Shown here: piece by piece, positions 9,639 to 17,925 of the stretch
Numbering within the stretch: the stretch's first letter is position 1
Layout of the letters: each line of letters begins with the position of its first letter
Source: Bacillota bacterium
GTDB lineage: Bacteria; Bacillota; Clostridia; Acetivibrionales; JAKOSZ01
Direction: 5' to 3'
NCBI GenBank assembly: GCA_029776555.1
Contig: JAKOSZ010000140.1
Span: 1 to 25,009 of the forward strand
DNA length: 25,009 nt
The notes under the pieces: generated by a model
Told to the model about the DNA's origin: nothing
The model's input: only the letters and a program-made list of their open reading frames with translations
Database searches by the model: none
Made by a program: the position numbers and the translations under genes

Positions 9639-9993
9639 TTGGCAGCCATATGGTAATCATTGACAAATAAGTTAAGCTGCCGCTCAAATCTTTTTGGCTG
9701 AAAATAAGCTTTGGCACCCGGTGCAAAATATTCATAGGATAATAAAGAGAAATGCCGTCCTCGTTGTGATAAAATATTGCTAAACGGTAAACGGGGAGGT
9801 TTGTGTATAGCGGGTTTGACGGGCTTATTAAAATGGCGGCAGGTTTTTGGGAGAAGCAAATCACTAAGTACGGAAAAGACTGAGGACAGCTTGTCTAAAA
9901 TGGAAATAATTTAATAATATCTTTTAAACCTGGAACCGGTGAGTAAAAAAAAACCCTGCCGGAGTCGCCGGAAATGCGGTCGTAATCGCGTTT

Positions 9994-10022
9994 TTGACAA
10001 TAATAACCGTTTGTAGTATACT
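9994..10022 (+). promoter_or_regulatory. Sigma-A-type promoter of carD-yacL-ispD
   Basis: TTGACA (9994-9999), 17 nt spacer, TATACT (10017-10022). Confidence 0.8.
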
Positions 10023-10104
10023 AATTTACACGGGATTATTTTTTATTGTCAATGCAGGTGGTCTATTACCTTTTGTCCATAGATGTTTTTTGGGGGAAAG
10101 TGTC

Positions 10105-10584
10105 ATGTTTAACGTGGGGGACAAGGTTGTTTACCCTATGCATGGAGCGGGCATTATTGAGTCCATCGAAGAGAAAGTAATTCTTGGGAAAAAGAAAAAT
10201 TATTACATAATGCACATGCCCGTCGGTGACATGAAGGTAATGATCCCTACTGAAAATGTAAAGGACATCGGAATCAGGCAGGTCATAAGCGAAAGCGATG
10301 TGGACAAGGTGTTTGCCATACTGGAAGACCACAGTCCAAATGTCAACAGGAACTGGAGCAAGAGATACAGGGAAAACATGAACAAGATAAAAAGCGGCGA
10401 CATATTTGAAGTGGCGGATGTGGTGCGCTCGCTGGTGCTAAGGTGCAATGAAAAGGGACTGTCCATGGGAGAAAGGAAGATGCTGAACAGCGCCAGGCAG
10501 ATTCTGGTGAGTGAACTGGTTTTAGCCAAGGGTGTGGACCGTGAAGAGATAGAAGAGATAATTGACAGCTGTCTCAAGCTTTAG
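10105..10584 (+). CDS. carD: CarD/CdnL family RNA-polymerase-binding transcription factor
   Basis: MFNVGDKVVYPMHGAG start, NWSKRYREN segment with the conserved Trp, and LSMGERKML. Start at ATG 10105, not 9994, which lies inside the promoter. Confidence 0.93.
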   Translation: MFNVGDKVVYPMHGAGIIESIEEKVILGKKKNYYIMHMPVGDMKVMIPTENVKDIGIRQVISESDVDKVFAILEDHSPNVNRNWSKRYRENMNKIKSGDIFEVADVVRSLVLRCNEKGLSMGERKMLNSARQILVSELVLAKGVDREEIEEIIDSCLKL

Positions 10585-10672
10585 AGATTTTGCTTCCAAA
10601 TAAACAGCATGCTGCTTCTCGGTGTGTGTGCGGTTTACAGCCATTAATTTAATATTAGGGGAGAAGAGTGCT

Positions 10673-11773
10673 GTGTTAAACAAGACTATTAAAACGACAT
10701 TTGCCGCAGTCGGAGCCATTACCGGAATCACGCTTAGCAAATTTCTCTTTGACAGCGGGGGGATGCAGATTCCCCAGAGTTTTAAAATCGGATTGTACAT
10801 CCTGATGTCCTCAGTTGGCGCTATCCTTTTGTATATCACGGCCAACGAAATCATAATGCTGGTGATGAAGGTCTTTGACCGGGTAGAAGCCATCTTCCAG
10901 TCCATGACTCTCTACGAATTGGCTCTAAGCGTTGTCGGATTGATAGCCGGGTTGATAGCGGCAAACCTCATAACACTTCCCATAAGCAAAGTAGAGGTGG
11001 TCGGGCTGCCCATCTGCATAGCGGTCAACATAATGTTTGGATGGGCGGGAATGGCCGCCGCGTCAGGGAAAAAGGACCAGTCCCTCCATCGGCTTTTTTC
11101 CGGCAAGAAGGGCGCAGCTTTCGGGGAACGGGCGGTATCGGTGAAAATACTGGACTCCAACGTGATAATAGACGGAAGGATACTGGACATATGCAGGATC
11201 GGCTTTCTTGAAGGAGAGTTTATAGTACCTTCCTTTGTGCTGGATGAGCTTAAAAGGCTGGCCGACTCCTCCGATTCATTTAAGAGGAATAAGGGGAGGC
11301 GGGGGCTGGATGTGCTGAGCATGTTCCAGAAAGACCTGGATAACGTCGTCAGGATTGAAAACATTGAAGTGGAGGGCAGCGAGGCCGACGACAAGCTCAT
11401 TAAAGCGGCTAAAAAGCTTAACGCCAAGATAATCACCAATGACTACAACCTCAATAAAGTTGCCGGCTTTCACAACGTCCCGGTGTTAAACATCAATGAG
11501 CTGGTAAACGCCGTTAAACCCATTGCCATTCCGGGCGAAGAGATAAATGTTCATGTGATAAAGGACGGTAAGGAGAACGGCCAGGGAGTGGCCTACCTAA
11601 ACGACGGGACGATGATCGTGGTGGACGGAGGGAAGAAACACATAGGAGAAACGGTAAACGTCGTGGTAACCAGTGTATTCCAGACAGCCGCAGGAAGAAT
11701 GATTTTTGCCAAGCCCAAGTCAATGGTTGAGAAGTCAATTGATTGGAATGTCTCGGTGGGGAGGATTGAATGA
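10673..11773 (+). CDS. yacL: PIN/TRAM-domain membrane protein (YacL-like putative RNase)
   Basis: Four N-terminal TM segments, PIN motifs ILDSNVIIDGRI and TNDYNLNK, and TRAM GKENGQGVAYLNDGTMIVVDGG. GTG 10673 follows GGGGAG. Confidence 0.9.
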   Translation: MLNKTIKTTFAAVGAITGITLSKFLFDSGGMQIPQSFKIGLYILMSSVGAILLYITANEIIMLVMKVFDRVEAIFQSMTLYELALSVVGLIAGLIAANLITLPISKVEVVGLPICIAVNIMFGWAGMAAASGKKDQSLHRLFSGKKGAAFGERAVSVKILDSNVIIDGRILDICRIGFLEGEFIVPSFVLDELKRLADSSDSFKRNKGRRGLDVLSMFQKDLDNVVRIENIEVEGSEADDKLIKAAKKLNAKIITNDYNLNKVAGFHNVPVLNINELVNAVKPIAIPGEEINVHVIKDGKENGQGVAYLNDGTMIVVDGGKKHIGETVNVVVTSVFQTAAGRMIFAKPKSMVEKSIDWNVSVGRIE

Positions 11774-12480
11774 AGGGTAGAAGGGATCTCACCGCCTGGG
11801 CTGTAATAGTGGCTGCTGGAAAAGGCACACGGATGAATTCCACCGTCAACAAACAGTATATGGAAATATGCGGAAAGCCTGTATTGGCGTGGGCCCTTCA
11901 GGCTTTTGAACGCTGCAGCGCCATAGAAGGGGTTGTGCTGGTGGTAAACCCCCAGGACATAGTTTACTGCAAAGCATACGTAATAGACGATTTTGGCTTT
12001 CAAAAGGTCAAAGCGCTGGTGGCGGGCGGGGATACCAGACAGGCTTCGGTCTATAAAGGCCTGCAGGCCTTGGGGGAAGAGTGTGACATTGTGGCAATAC
12101 ACGACGGTGCCAGGCCTTTTGTGAAAGAAAAATACATCCGTGAAAGCATAAGGGCGGCAGCGGAGCGGGGGGCCGCCTGTACGGCGGTGCCCGTACAAGA
12201 CACCATATAGACCGCAGATGAGGGTTTTATAGCCGGGACCCTGGACAGGGACAGGCTTTGGGCGGTACAGACCCCTCAGACCTTTAAGTTTGAGCTGATT
12301 ATGGAAGCCCACCGGAGAGCTTCCGACGAAGGATTTGCAGGGACTGACGATGCCATCCTGGTGGAGAGGCTGGGGCACAGGATTAAGCTGATACCGGGGG
12401 GCTATGAGAACATAAAAATCACTACCCTTGAAGACCTCATACTGGCAGAAGCGCTCATATCGGCAAAACTTGAGCGGTAA
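11770..12480 (+). pseudogene. ispD: 2-C-methyl-D-erythritol 4-phosphate cytidylyltransferase interrupted by an in-frame TAG at 12208-12210
   Basis: VAAGKGTRM..VNKQY, GGDTRQASV and HDGARP motifs, then PVQDTI*. The same frame continues TADEGFIAGTLDRDRLWAVQTPQTF...TDDA...NIKITTLEDL to TAA at 12478-12480, giving 236 codons if read through. Confidence 0.88.
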
Positions 12481-12515
12481 TGCGGGCGGTTTTTGATTTG
12501 CTTCAGGAGGAAACC

Positions 12516-12611
12516 ATGAGCGATAAGCACTTTACACTGTTCTTAATTTCCATTGCCCTTTTTATTATTGGCGTCGGCATATTGAACTTCATAATCAGGA
12601 AAAAGCCATAG
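12516..12611 (+). CDS. Small single-pass membrane peptide (31 aa)
   Basis: AGGAGG at 12505-12510, 5 nt before ATG. MSDKHFTLFLISIALFIIGVGILNFIIRKKP has a hydrophobic core of about 22 residues followed by RKK. Confidence 0.65.
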   Translation: MSDKHFTLFLISIALFIIGVGILNFIIRKKP

Positions 12612-12682
12612 CCTGAATTTTTCACCTATCCCTAACCGGCTTTATTTCCCATGTCTTTATAACCGTTGCCTGCGGCAAGGGT

Positions 12683-13153
12683 TTACGTCACGGTGACCAC
12701 GCTTAAGACCTGTATGCCTTTCCCCCTGCCGAACTCGCTGAGACCTTCCCCCGATGTGGCGGTAATGCCTACACAGTCTTCAGGTATGTCAAGAAGGCTT
12801 GCTATTTTGCTTCTCATTTCGGGGATGCGGGGAGTTATTTGGGGTGTCATGCATTCTATGGAAATGGAGACGTGGATGACCTTTTTTTCTCCCAGGTGCT
12901 TTAAAGCTTCCTTCAGGTAAAGGCTGCTGTCTTTTATGCCATGTTTCAGGCACATTTCATCGCTTACGCTTCCCAGTATGTTAACGCCGGTAACGCCGGA
13001 AATGGCATTGGTCAGGGAATGCAATACCACGTCGGCATCGCTGTTTCCTTTAAGAGGGGCGTGACCCGGGAACTTAACTCCTCCCAGTATCAGTTCCTTT
13101 GTGTGGTCCTCGAAATCAAAGCGGTGGCTGTCTTGACCAATGCCTACTCTCAT
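12683..13153 (-). CDS. ispF: 2-C-methyl-D-erythritol 2,4-cyclodiphosphate synthase, divergent subtype
   Basis: GIGQDSHRF (D-x-H zinc ligands), LILGGV, SDADVVLH and GITATSGEGL. AGGAGG lies 7 nt upstream of ATG 13153. Confidence 0.9.
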   Translation of the reverse strand: MRVGIGQDSHRFDFEDHTKELILGGVKFPGHAPLKGNSDADVVLHSLTNAISGVTGVNILGSVSDEMCLKHGIKDSSLYLKEALKHLGEKKVIHVSISIECMTPQITPRIPEMRSKIASLLDIPEDCVGITATSGEGLSEFGRGKGIQVLSVVTVT

Positions 13154-13233
13154 ACTCATACCTCCTGCCTTCATCAGCCGGGCTTTTGAGAGTTAAATAT
13201 ACAATACCATATTCGGCCGGGTCGGTTATGAAT

Positions 13234-13262
13234 ATTATACTGGTCAGTTCCGCCCAATACAA
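13234..13262 (-). promoter_or_regulatory. Sigma-A-type promoter of ispF
   Basis: Minus strand TTGTAT (13262-13257), 17 nt spacer, TATAAT (13239-13234). Confidence 0.7.
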
Positions 13263-13267
13263 GCGCA

Positions 13268-13296
13268 TTGACACTTATTACAATGTGTACTATATT
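13268..13296 (+). promoter_or_regulatory. Sigma-A-type promoter of the proS leader
   Basis: TTGACA (13268-13273), 17 nt spacer, TATATT (13291-13296). Back-to-back with the ispF promoter. Confidence 0.75.
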
Positions 13297-13302
13297 AGTG
13301 AC

Positions 13303-13547
13303 TGCGGGATTAACTGCAGGCCGGTTTAATTTGGGCGTTTTTTGCTTAATAAAACCCACAGACTGCCCGCTTCCGGAAGAGGGCGCCCTTTAGCGGAAGG
13401 CAGCGGGACAAAGCCTTTGACTCCACCCTTAAGACCCGCTTAAAGGTTGGAAGCTGCCGCACCGTTAAGGGAAGGGGAGATGGGTTTTACCTGCCTGGGC
13501 GCCAGCGCGGAATTTGTTCCGTCCCCTGAACTGATGGACGGTTTTTT
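13303..13547 (+). ncRNA. Structured proS leader with antiterminator/terminator (T-box-like attenuator)
   Basis: Terminator CCGTCC (13519-13524)/GGACGG (13536-13541) plus T6. A competing antiterminator is formed by GGG, a 7-nt bulge and GCGGAA pairing with TTCCGT and CCC. Upstream helices AAAACCCA/TGGGTTTT and GGCAGC/GCTGCC and a GGTTGGAA loop motif. The position before an aminoacyl-tRNA synthetase gene is typical of T-boxes. No specifier codon could be placed confidently. Confidence 0.6.
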
Positions 13548-13568
13548 GTTAGCAGAGAGGTGAGAGAT

Positions 13569-15005
13569 TTGGCGGAAGATAAGAAACTGGTGGAAGATAT
13601 CACTTCAATGGATGAAGATTTTTCCCAGTGGTACACCGACGTGGTGTTAAAGGCCGACCTAGCGGACTACTCCAGTGTAAGGGGTTGTATGATCATAAAG
13701 CCTTACGGGTATGCTTTGTGGGAAAACATACAAAAAGAGCTGGATAGAAGGTTTAAGGCCACAGGACATGAAAATGTGTATATGCCTCTTTTTATACCCG
13801 AAAGCCTTCTTCAGAAAGAGAAGGACCATGTGGAGGGCTTTGCCCCTGAAGTGGCATGGGTTACCCATGGAGGAGAAGAAAAGCTGACGGAAAGGCTTTG
13901 TGTGCGTCCGACTTCCGAAACCCTTTTCTGCCAGCACTTTGCCAGCGTTGTAAAGTCCTACAGGGATTTGCCCAAGCTTTATAACCAGTGGTGTTCCGTT
14001 GTAAGGTGGGAAAAGACCACCAGGCCCTTCCTGAGGACCATGGAGTTTTTGTGGCAGGAGGGCCACACGGTGCATGCCACGGCTGAAGAGGCAAAGGAAG
14101 AAACCATCCGGATGCTGAATGTCTACGCCGAATTCTGCGAGGATTTTCTCGCCATACCCGTCATTAAGGGGAAGAAAACTGATAAGGAGAAGTTTGCAGG
14201 CGCTATAGAGACTTATACCATAGAGAGCATGATGCACGACGGGAAAGCCCTCCAGTCAGGCACTTCCCATAATTTTGGCGATAAATTTGCCAGGGCTTTT
14301 AACATACAATACACCGACAGGAACAACCAGCTGAAATACGTGCATGAGACCTCCTGGGGAATGAGCACCAGGATAATAGGGGCCGTTATCATGGTTCACG
14401 GGGATAACAACGGGCTGGTACTTCCCCCGAAAGTTGCGCCAACACAGCTTGTCATTATACCCGTATCCCCCCATAAGGAGGGAGTGCCGGAAAAGGCCCG
14501 GGAAGTATTTCAAAGGCTGTCCGGCATTGTGAGGGCTAAGATTGACGAGAGTGACAGGATGCCGGGCTGGAAGTTCGCTGAGTATGAAATGAGAGGCGTC
14601 CCCCTGAGGTTGGAGATAGGACCCAGGGACCTGGAAAAAGAGCAGGCCGTGCTGGTGAGGAGGGACAACAGGGAAAAAATAATCGTGCCTCTCGCTGAGC
14701 TCGAGTCCCGGGTGCCGCAGGTCTTGGAGCAATTGCAGCAAAGCCTCTTTGAAAAAGCGAAAAGGATGATGGATTCAAGGATATACACTGCCGGCAGCAT
14801 GGAAGAGTTGGAAAGCACTGCCGCAAATCTTCCGGGTTTCATTAAGTCCATGTGGTGCGGCTCAAGGGAGTGCGAGGATCTCATAAAGGACAGGACGGGC
14901 ATGACTTCCAGGTGCATCCCCTTTGAACAGGAGAAGCTGTCGGACAGGTGCGTATGCTGCGGCAAAGAGGCGAAGCACATGGTATACTGGGGCAAGGCCT
15001 ATTAG
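13569..15005 (+). CDS. proS: Proline--tRNA ligase (archaeal/eukaryotic-type, C-terminal Zn domain)
   Basis: [52 protein letters not shown], an anticodon-binding domain and C-terminal Cys motifs. GAGAGGTGA RBS favours TTG 13569. Confidence 0.96.
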   Translation: MAEDKKLVEDITSMDEDFSQWYTDVVLKADLADYSSVRGCMIIKPYGYALWENIQKELDRRFKATGHENVYMPLFIPESLLQKEKDHVEGFAPEVAWVTHGGEEKLTERLCVRPTSETLFCQHFASVVKSYRDLPKLYNQWCSVVRWEKTTRPFLRTMEFLWQEGHTVHATAEEAKEETIRMLNVYAEFCEDFLAIPVIKGKKTDKEKFAGAIETYTIESMMHDGKALQSGTSHNFGDKFARAFNIQYTDRNNQLKYVHETSWGMSTRIIGAVIMVHGDNNGLVLPPKVAPTQLVIIPVSPHKEGVPEKAREVFQRLSGIVRAKIDESDRMPGWKFAEYEMRGVPLRLEIGPRDLEKEQAVLVRRDNREKIIVPLAELESRVPQVLEQLQQSLFEKAKRMMDSRIYTAGSMEELESTAANLPGFIKSMWCGSRECEDLIKDRTGMTSRCIPFEQEKLSDRCVCCGKEAKHMVYWGKAY

Positions 15006-15157
15006 CATTGAGTGAGGCCTTCCAACACACCGGATTCTCTTTTACGCGCCGCTGCCTGCAAACAGGCGCCGCACAGGATAAGGAATATAGCTGAAAAGCG
15101 GGGCGAGGCAGCTAAGAAAGCTTGTCCTGTGCCCCGTTTAAAAAGGAAAATAAGTGG

Positions 15158-15200
15158 AAAGGGCAGGATTGGTGAATAAAAATCCAGCCCTTTATTTTTT
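15158..15200 (+). terminator. Intrinsic terminator downstream of proS
   Basis: AAAGGGC-A-GGATT / AATCC-A-GCCCTTT stem followed by ATTTTTT. Confidence 0.55.
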
Positions 15201-15409
15201 GGACAGATTTCCGGATGCCGGCTTCGAATTGTATAAGTGAAAGCCATGAAATTTCACGCTTTCACACTTTTCCTCCGCTTTACTTCGGTGGAAAGACGCA
15301 GCAAAAAAAGGACATACAATTAAGAAAAAATGTTAATACTATATAGGCGATGTGTTTTTGCATGCACCAATTGGGCAAGGTATTAATTACTGCTGTTTGG
15401 AGGGATTTT

Positions 15410-16219
15410 ATGAAAAAGAGGACAATTTTACCGTTACTGCTGCTTGCACTGGCAATTGTCCTGGTGTCAGGTTTATGGTTCATGAATGAGCAGCGGGTTT
15501 CTGCCGCGGTGAAATTTCAGGCCACGGGCCTGGTGGAAGGAGAGGTAATTGCAAATGCGCTCAACATGCGGCAGGGGCCTTCAACCAATTATCCGGTGAT
15601 AAATGTACTTAGAAAAGGGCAAAGGGTGAAGGTTTTCGGCCAGGTGGACGACTGGTATGCCGTATATGACTACTCCAGGGGGAATGTGGGCGCCGTTCAC
15701 AGCAAGTATATCAAGGTGCACTGGCCGCAATCAACGCCCAAGCAGCCAACGCCGACGCCTACTCCGACTCCGAAGCCCGAAGAGCCAGCCCCAACTCCGA
15801 CACCAACGCCGCCTGCTGATACCACACCCGGTGATATCAGCCCGGAAGAACAGAGGCTTCTGGACCTTGTCAACAAAGCCAGGGCGGATGCAGGGGTCGG
15901 ACCTTTGAAGTTTGACGCGGAATTGATGAAAGTGGCAAGGCTGAAAGCGAAAGACATGGTTGAAAACAACTACTTCTCCCATAATTCGCCCACATACGGT
16001 TCACCCTTTGACATGATGAGGCAGTTTGGAATCGAGTTTAAGTCGGCGGGAGAAAACATTGCCGGGAACCAGACGGTGGACGCTGCGTTTAAGGCCTGGA
16101 TGAATTCGGAAGGGCACAGGAAAAACATACTAAACGGCAAGTTCAACTACACGGGAATCGGGATAGTGGACAGCCCCACCTACGGCAAGATATTTGTGCA
16201 AATGTTTATAGGGAGGTAA
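15410..16219 (+). CDS. Secreted SH3b + Pro/Thr linker + CAP (SCP, YkwD-like) domain protein
   Basis: Signal peptide MKKRTILPLLLLALAIVLVSG...VSAA, SH3b LNMRQGPSTNYPVI, a PT linker, and CAP motifs YFSHNSPTYGSPFDM, GENIA and WMNSEGHRKNIL. ATG 15410 follows GGAGGG. Confidence 0.9.
   Translation: MKKRTILPLLLLALAIVLVSGLWFMNEQRVSAAVKFQATGLVEGEVIANALNMRQGPSTNYPVINVLRKGQRVKVFGQVDDWYAVYDYSRGNVGAVHSKYIKVHWPQSTPKQPTPTPTPTPKPEEPAPTPTPTPPADTTPGDISPEEQRLLDLVNKARADAGVGPLKFDAELMKVARLKAKDMVENNYFSHNSPTYGSPFDMMRQFGIEFKSAGENIAGNQTVDAAFKAWMNSEGHRKNILNGKFNYTGIGIVDSPTYGKIFVQMFIGR
15746..15813 (+). repeat. Pro-Thr coding low-complexity repeat (linker)
   Basis: PTPTPTPTPKPEEPAPTPTPTPP encoded by degenerate CCN-ACN units. 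Confidence 0.85.
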
Positions 16220-16269
16220 GCCTTTAAAGGATAAGGCTTGCCCCAAATGGAGCCGGGAGAATTCTTTAC

Positions 16270-16324
16270 GGCAGGCAGCAGGTTAAGCGAAGATACGCGA
16301 CTTAAGCTTTTGCTGCCTGCCTTT
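16270..16324. terminator. Probable bidirectional terminator between convergent genes
   Basis: Perfect 11-bp arms GGCAGGCAGCA (16270-16280) and TGCTGCCTGCC (16311-16321), followed by TTT. Confidence 0.65.
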
Positions 16325-16353
16325 ATATTGCCTTTCTCGTCATGGAAGCTCTT

Positions 16354-17301
16354 TTATAAAAGCAGGTCTTCAAAAGACGGCTTTACCTCGAAAACCTTTC
16401 CCTCCAGGTAGCTCAACAGCCCGCCCTCCTTAAAATCAAACACCAGCTTGCAGGCGCACAGGGCCTGGTGTTTTAAACCTATGGCCCGGTTAAAGGCATT
16501 GCTCCCGTACTTCCCGTCTCCTGCTATCGGATGGCCTATATGGGCCAGGTGCGCCCGGATCTGGTGGGTGCGCCCCGTTACCGGCTCAACCTCCAGCAGG
16601 CTTAAATCCTTCCGGGGGTCAAAGGAGAGAACCCGGTAGCTTGTGGCTATGGGCAGGGACCCTTTAACAGGCTTATCGCTTACAAACACCCGGCTTTTAT
16701 ACTCGTCCTTTAAAAGGTAATGATTGAGATAGCCCCTTTCCGAAGGCATTTGCCCCTTTACCAGGCACTTATACAGTTTCCTTATCTCTTTTTGCTCCAT
16801 TTTCTCAAGAAGGACTTCAAGGCTTGGCCTGTTTTTTGCAATGATAACGAGGCCTTCGGTGTTTCTGTCCAAACGGTGGCACAGGGAAGGGGAAAAGACG
16901 CCGGCGCCGCCGGGCCGGTATTCGCCCTTCTCGGCCAGGTAGTCCCTTACGTAATCAATCAGGGTGTTAACAGGTGTGCTGCGGTCAGGGTGTACCGGCA
17001 CCCCTTTCCTTTTGTTTACTATCAGGACGTTGTCATCTTCGTATACTATGCTGAAAGCGCCGCTCTCGCTGTAATCTCTCTTTAAGGGAAGGCCGTACAG
17101 GATGTTGTCCGGAATATAGACTTCCACAAGATCGCCTTCCTGCACCCGGAAGTCCTCTTTTACCCTCATGCCGTTGACCTTTATGGCCTTTTTCCTGAAG
17201 GCCTTGTACATAGCTCCTGCCGGCAGTTTTTCGAAGGCGGCTTTCAGGACTTTGTCAATGCGCCTGTTGTGTTGTGCCTGATTTACACTGAAACTCCTCA
17301 T
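16354..17301 (-). CDS. RluA-family (S4-containing, RluC/RluD-like) RNA pseudouridine synthase
   Basis: N-terminal S4 domain (RRIDKVL...KAIKVNG), NKRKGVPVH, catalytic HRLD and TGRTHQIRAHLAHIGHPIAGDGKYG. AAGGAGAGG precedes ATG 17301. Confidence 0.93.
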   Translation of the reverse strand: MRSFSVNQAQHNRRIDKVLKAAFEKLPAGAMYKAFRKKAIKVNGMRVKEDFRVQEGDLVEVYIPDNILYGLPLKRDYSESGAFSIVYEDDNVLIVNKRKGVPVHPDRSTPVNTLIDYVRDYLAEKGEYRPGGAGVFSPSLCHRLDRNTEGLVIIAKNRPSLEVLLEKMEQKEIRKLYKCLVKGQMPSERGYLNHYLLKDEYKSRVFVSDKPVKGSLPIATSYRVLSFDPRKDLSLLEVEPVTGRTHQIRAHLAHIGHPIAGDGKYGSNAFNRAIGLKHQALCACKLVFDFKEGGLLSYLEGKVFEVKPSFEDLLL

Positions 17302-17348
17302 GGTCCTCTCCTTGAAGGCCGTGTCTGCCACAGCCCTTTTGTAAAAGT

Positions 17349-17377
17349 ATTATCCTTTATTTAAAAAAAAACTTCAA
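17349..17377 (-). promoter_or_regulatory. Candidate sigma-A promoter of the pseudouridine synthase gene
   Basis: Minus strand TTGAAG (17377-17372), 17 nt spacer, GATAAT (17354-17349). Confidence 0.45.
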
Positions 17378-17697
17378 GGCAAGGCTCCCTGATAATTGGC
17401 CCTTAAATTGGGCATCATATTTTCGGGAGATTCTATGTCGTAGTTTTTAGGGGATTGAAAAGGTTCTTTAAAGGGGAGGACAAGGAGAATGCCTGGTTCC
17501 GTGCTGCTGCCCGCCTTCTGGGCAACAGTGAGGACTCTTAAATATATGTGGTGGCTGGTGGATATAATCGCCGACGCCCGTTAGTCCACAGGCGGCTGCT
17601 TTTGAGCCGGAAGAGAGGGATCCGAAAAGCAGGGCAGCGGCTTTTCCTGTTCCGGGGGAACAACCAGGAGGGCATTTACAGTTGAAGGAGGAGTCCC

Positions 17698-17862
17698 ATG
17701 AGAGACCGCAAAAGGGAAAAAGGTAAAAAGGCCGAGCCTTCTGTGGCGCCGGGGATTAATGAGGAGGATCTTGGTGAAGACGCCAGCAGGGAAGACAAAA
17801 AAAGGGGAAACTATACAAGGGTTATAAGGGTGTACCTGGATGAACATGACCCCGGCAAGTGA
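17698..17862 (+). CDS. Small hydrophilic protein A (54 aa), not in ORF track
   Basis: AAGGAGGAG RBS then MRDRKREKGKKAEPSVAPGINEEDLGEDASREDKKRGNYTRVIRVYLDEHDPGK. The P-S-x-APG...G-N-Y-T-x-V...DE-x-DP pattern resembles small hypothetical proteins I recall from spore-forming Firmicutes (not verified). Confidence 0.78.
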   Translation: MRDRKREKGKKAEPSVAPGINEEDLGEDASREDKKRGNYTRVIRVYLDEHDPGK

Positions 17863-17925
17863 TCCCAAGAAGGTTTTGAAAGCGGTCAGTAAACTGCAAG
17901 TCAGCAAATTCAGGAGGTGATAAGT

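Noticed and set aside
4140-10584. Genome-wide TAG reassignment as the explanation for the ispD stop
   Set aside because: GT2-2, GH15, radA, the Cys-rich gene and carD all end with TAG at their expected C-termini.
15296-15342. SigE/SigK-like promoter (CATACAAT, AATACTAT) upstream of the CAP gene
   Set aside because: These consensus sequences are too degenerate to call by eye in AT-rich DNA, and the spacing is borderline.
15746-15813. Tandem repeat as a CRISPR or VNTR-like element
   Set aside because: It is an in-frame Pro/Thr linker with synonymous variation. No repeat-spacer array exists anywhere in the window.
17489-17584. 31-aa ORF MPGSVLLPAFWATVRTLKYMWWLVDIIADAR
   Set aside because: A purine-rich upstream sequence exists, but the composition is unremarkable and nothing else supports it; left unannotated.
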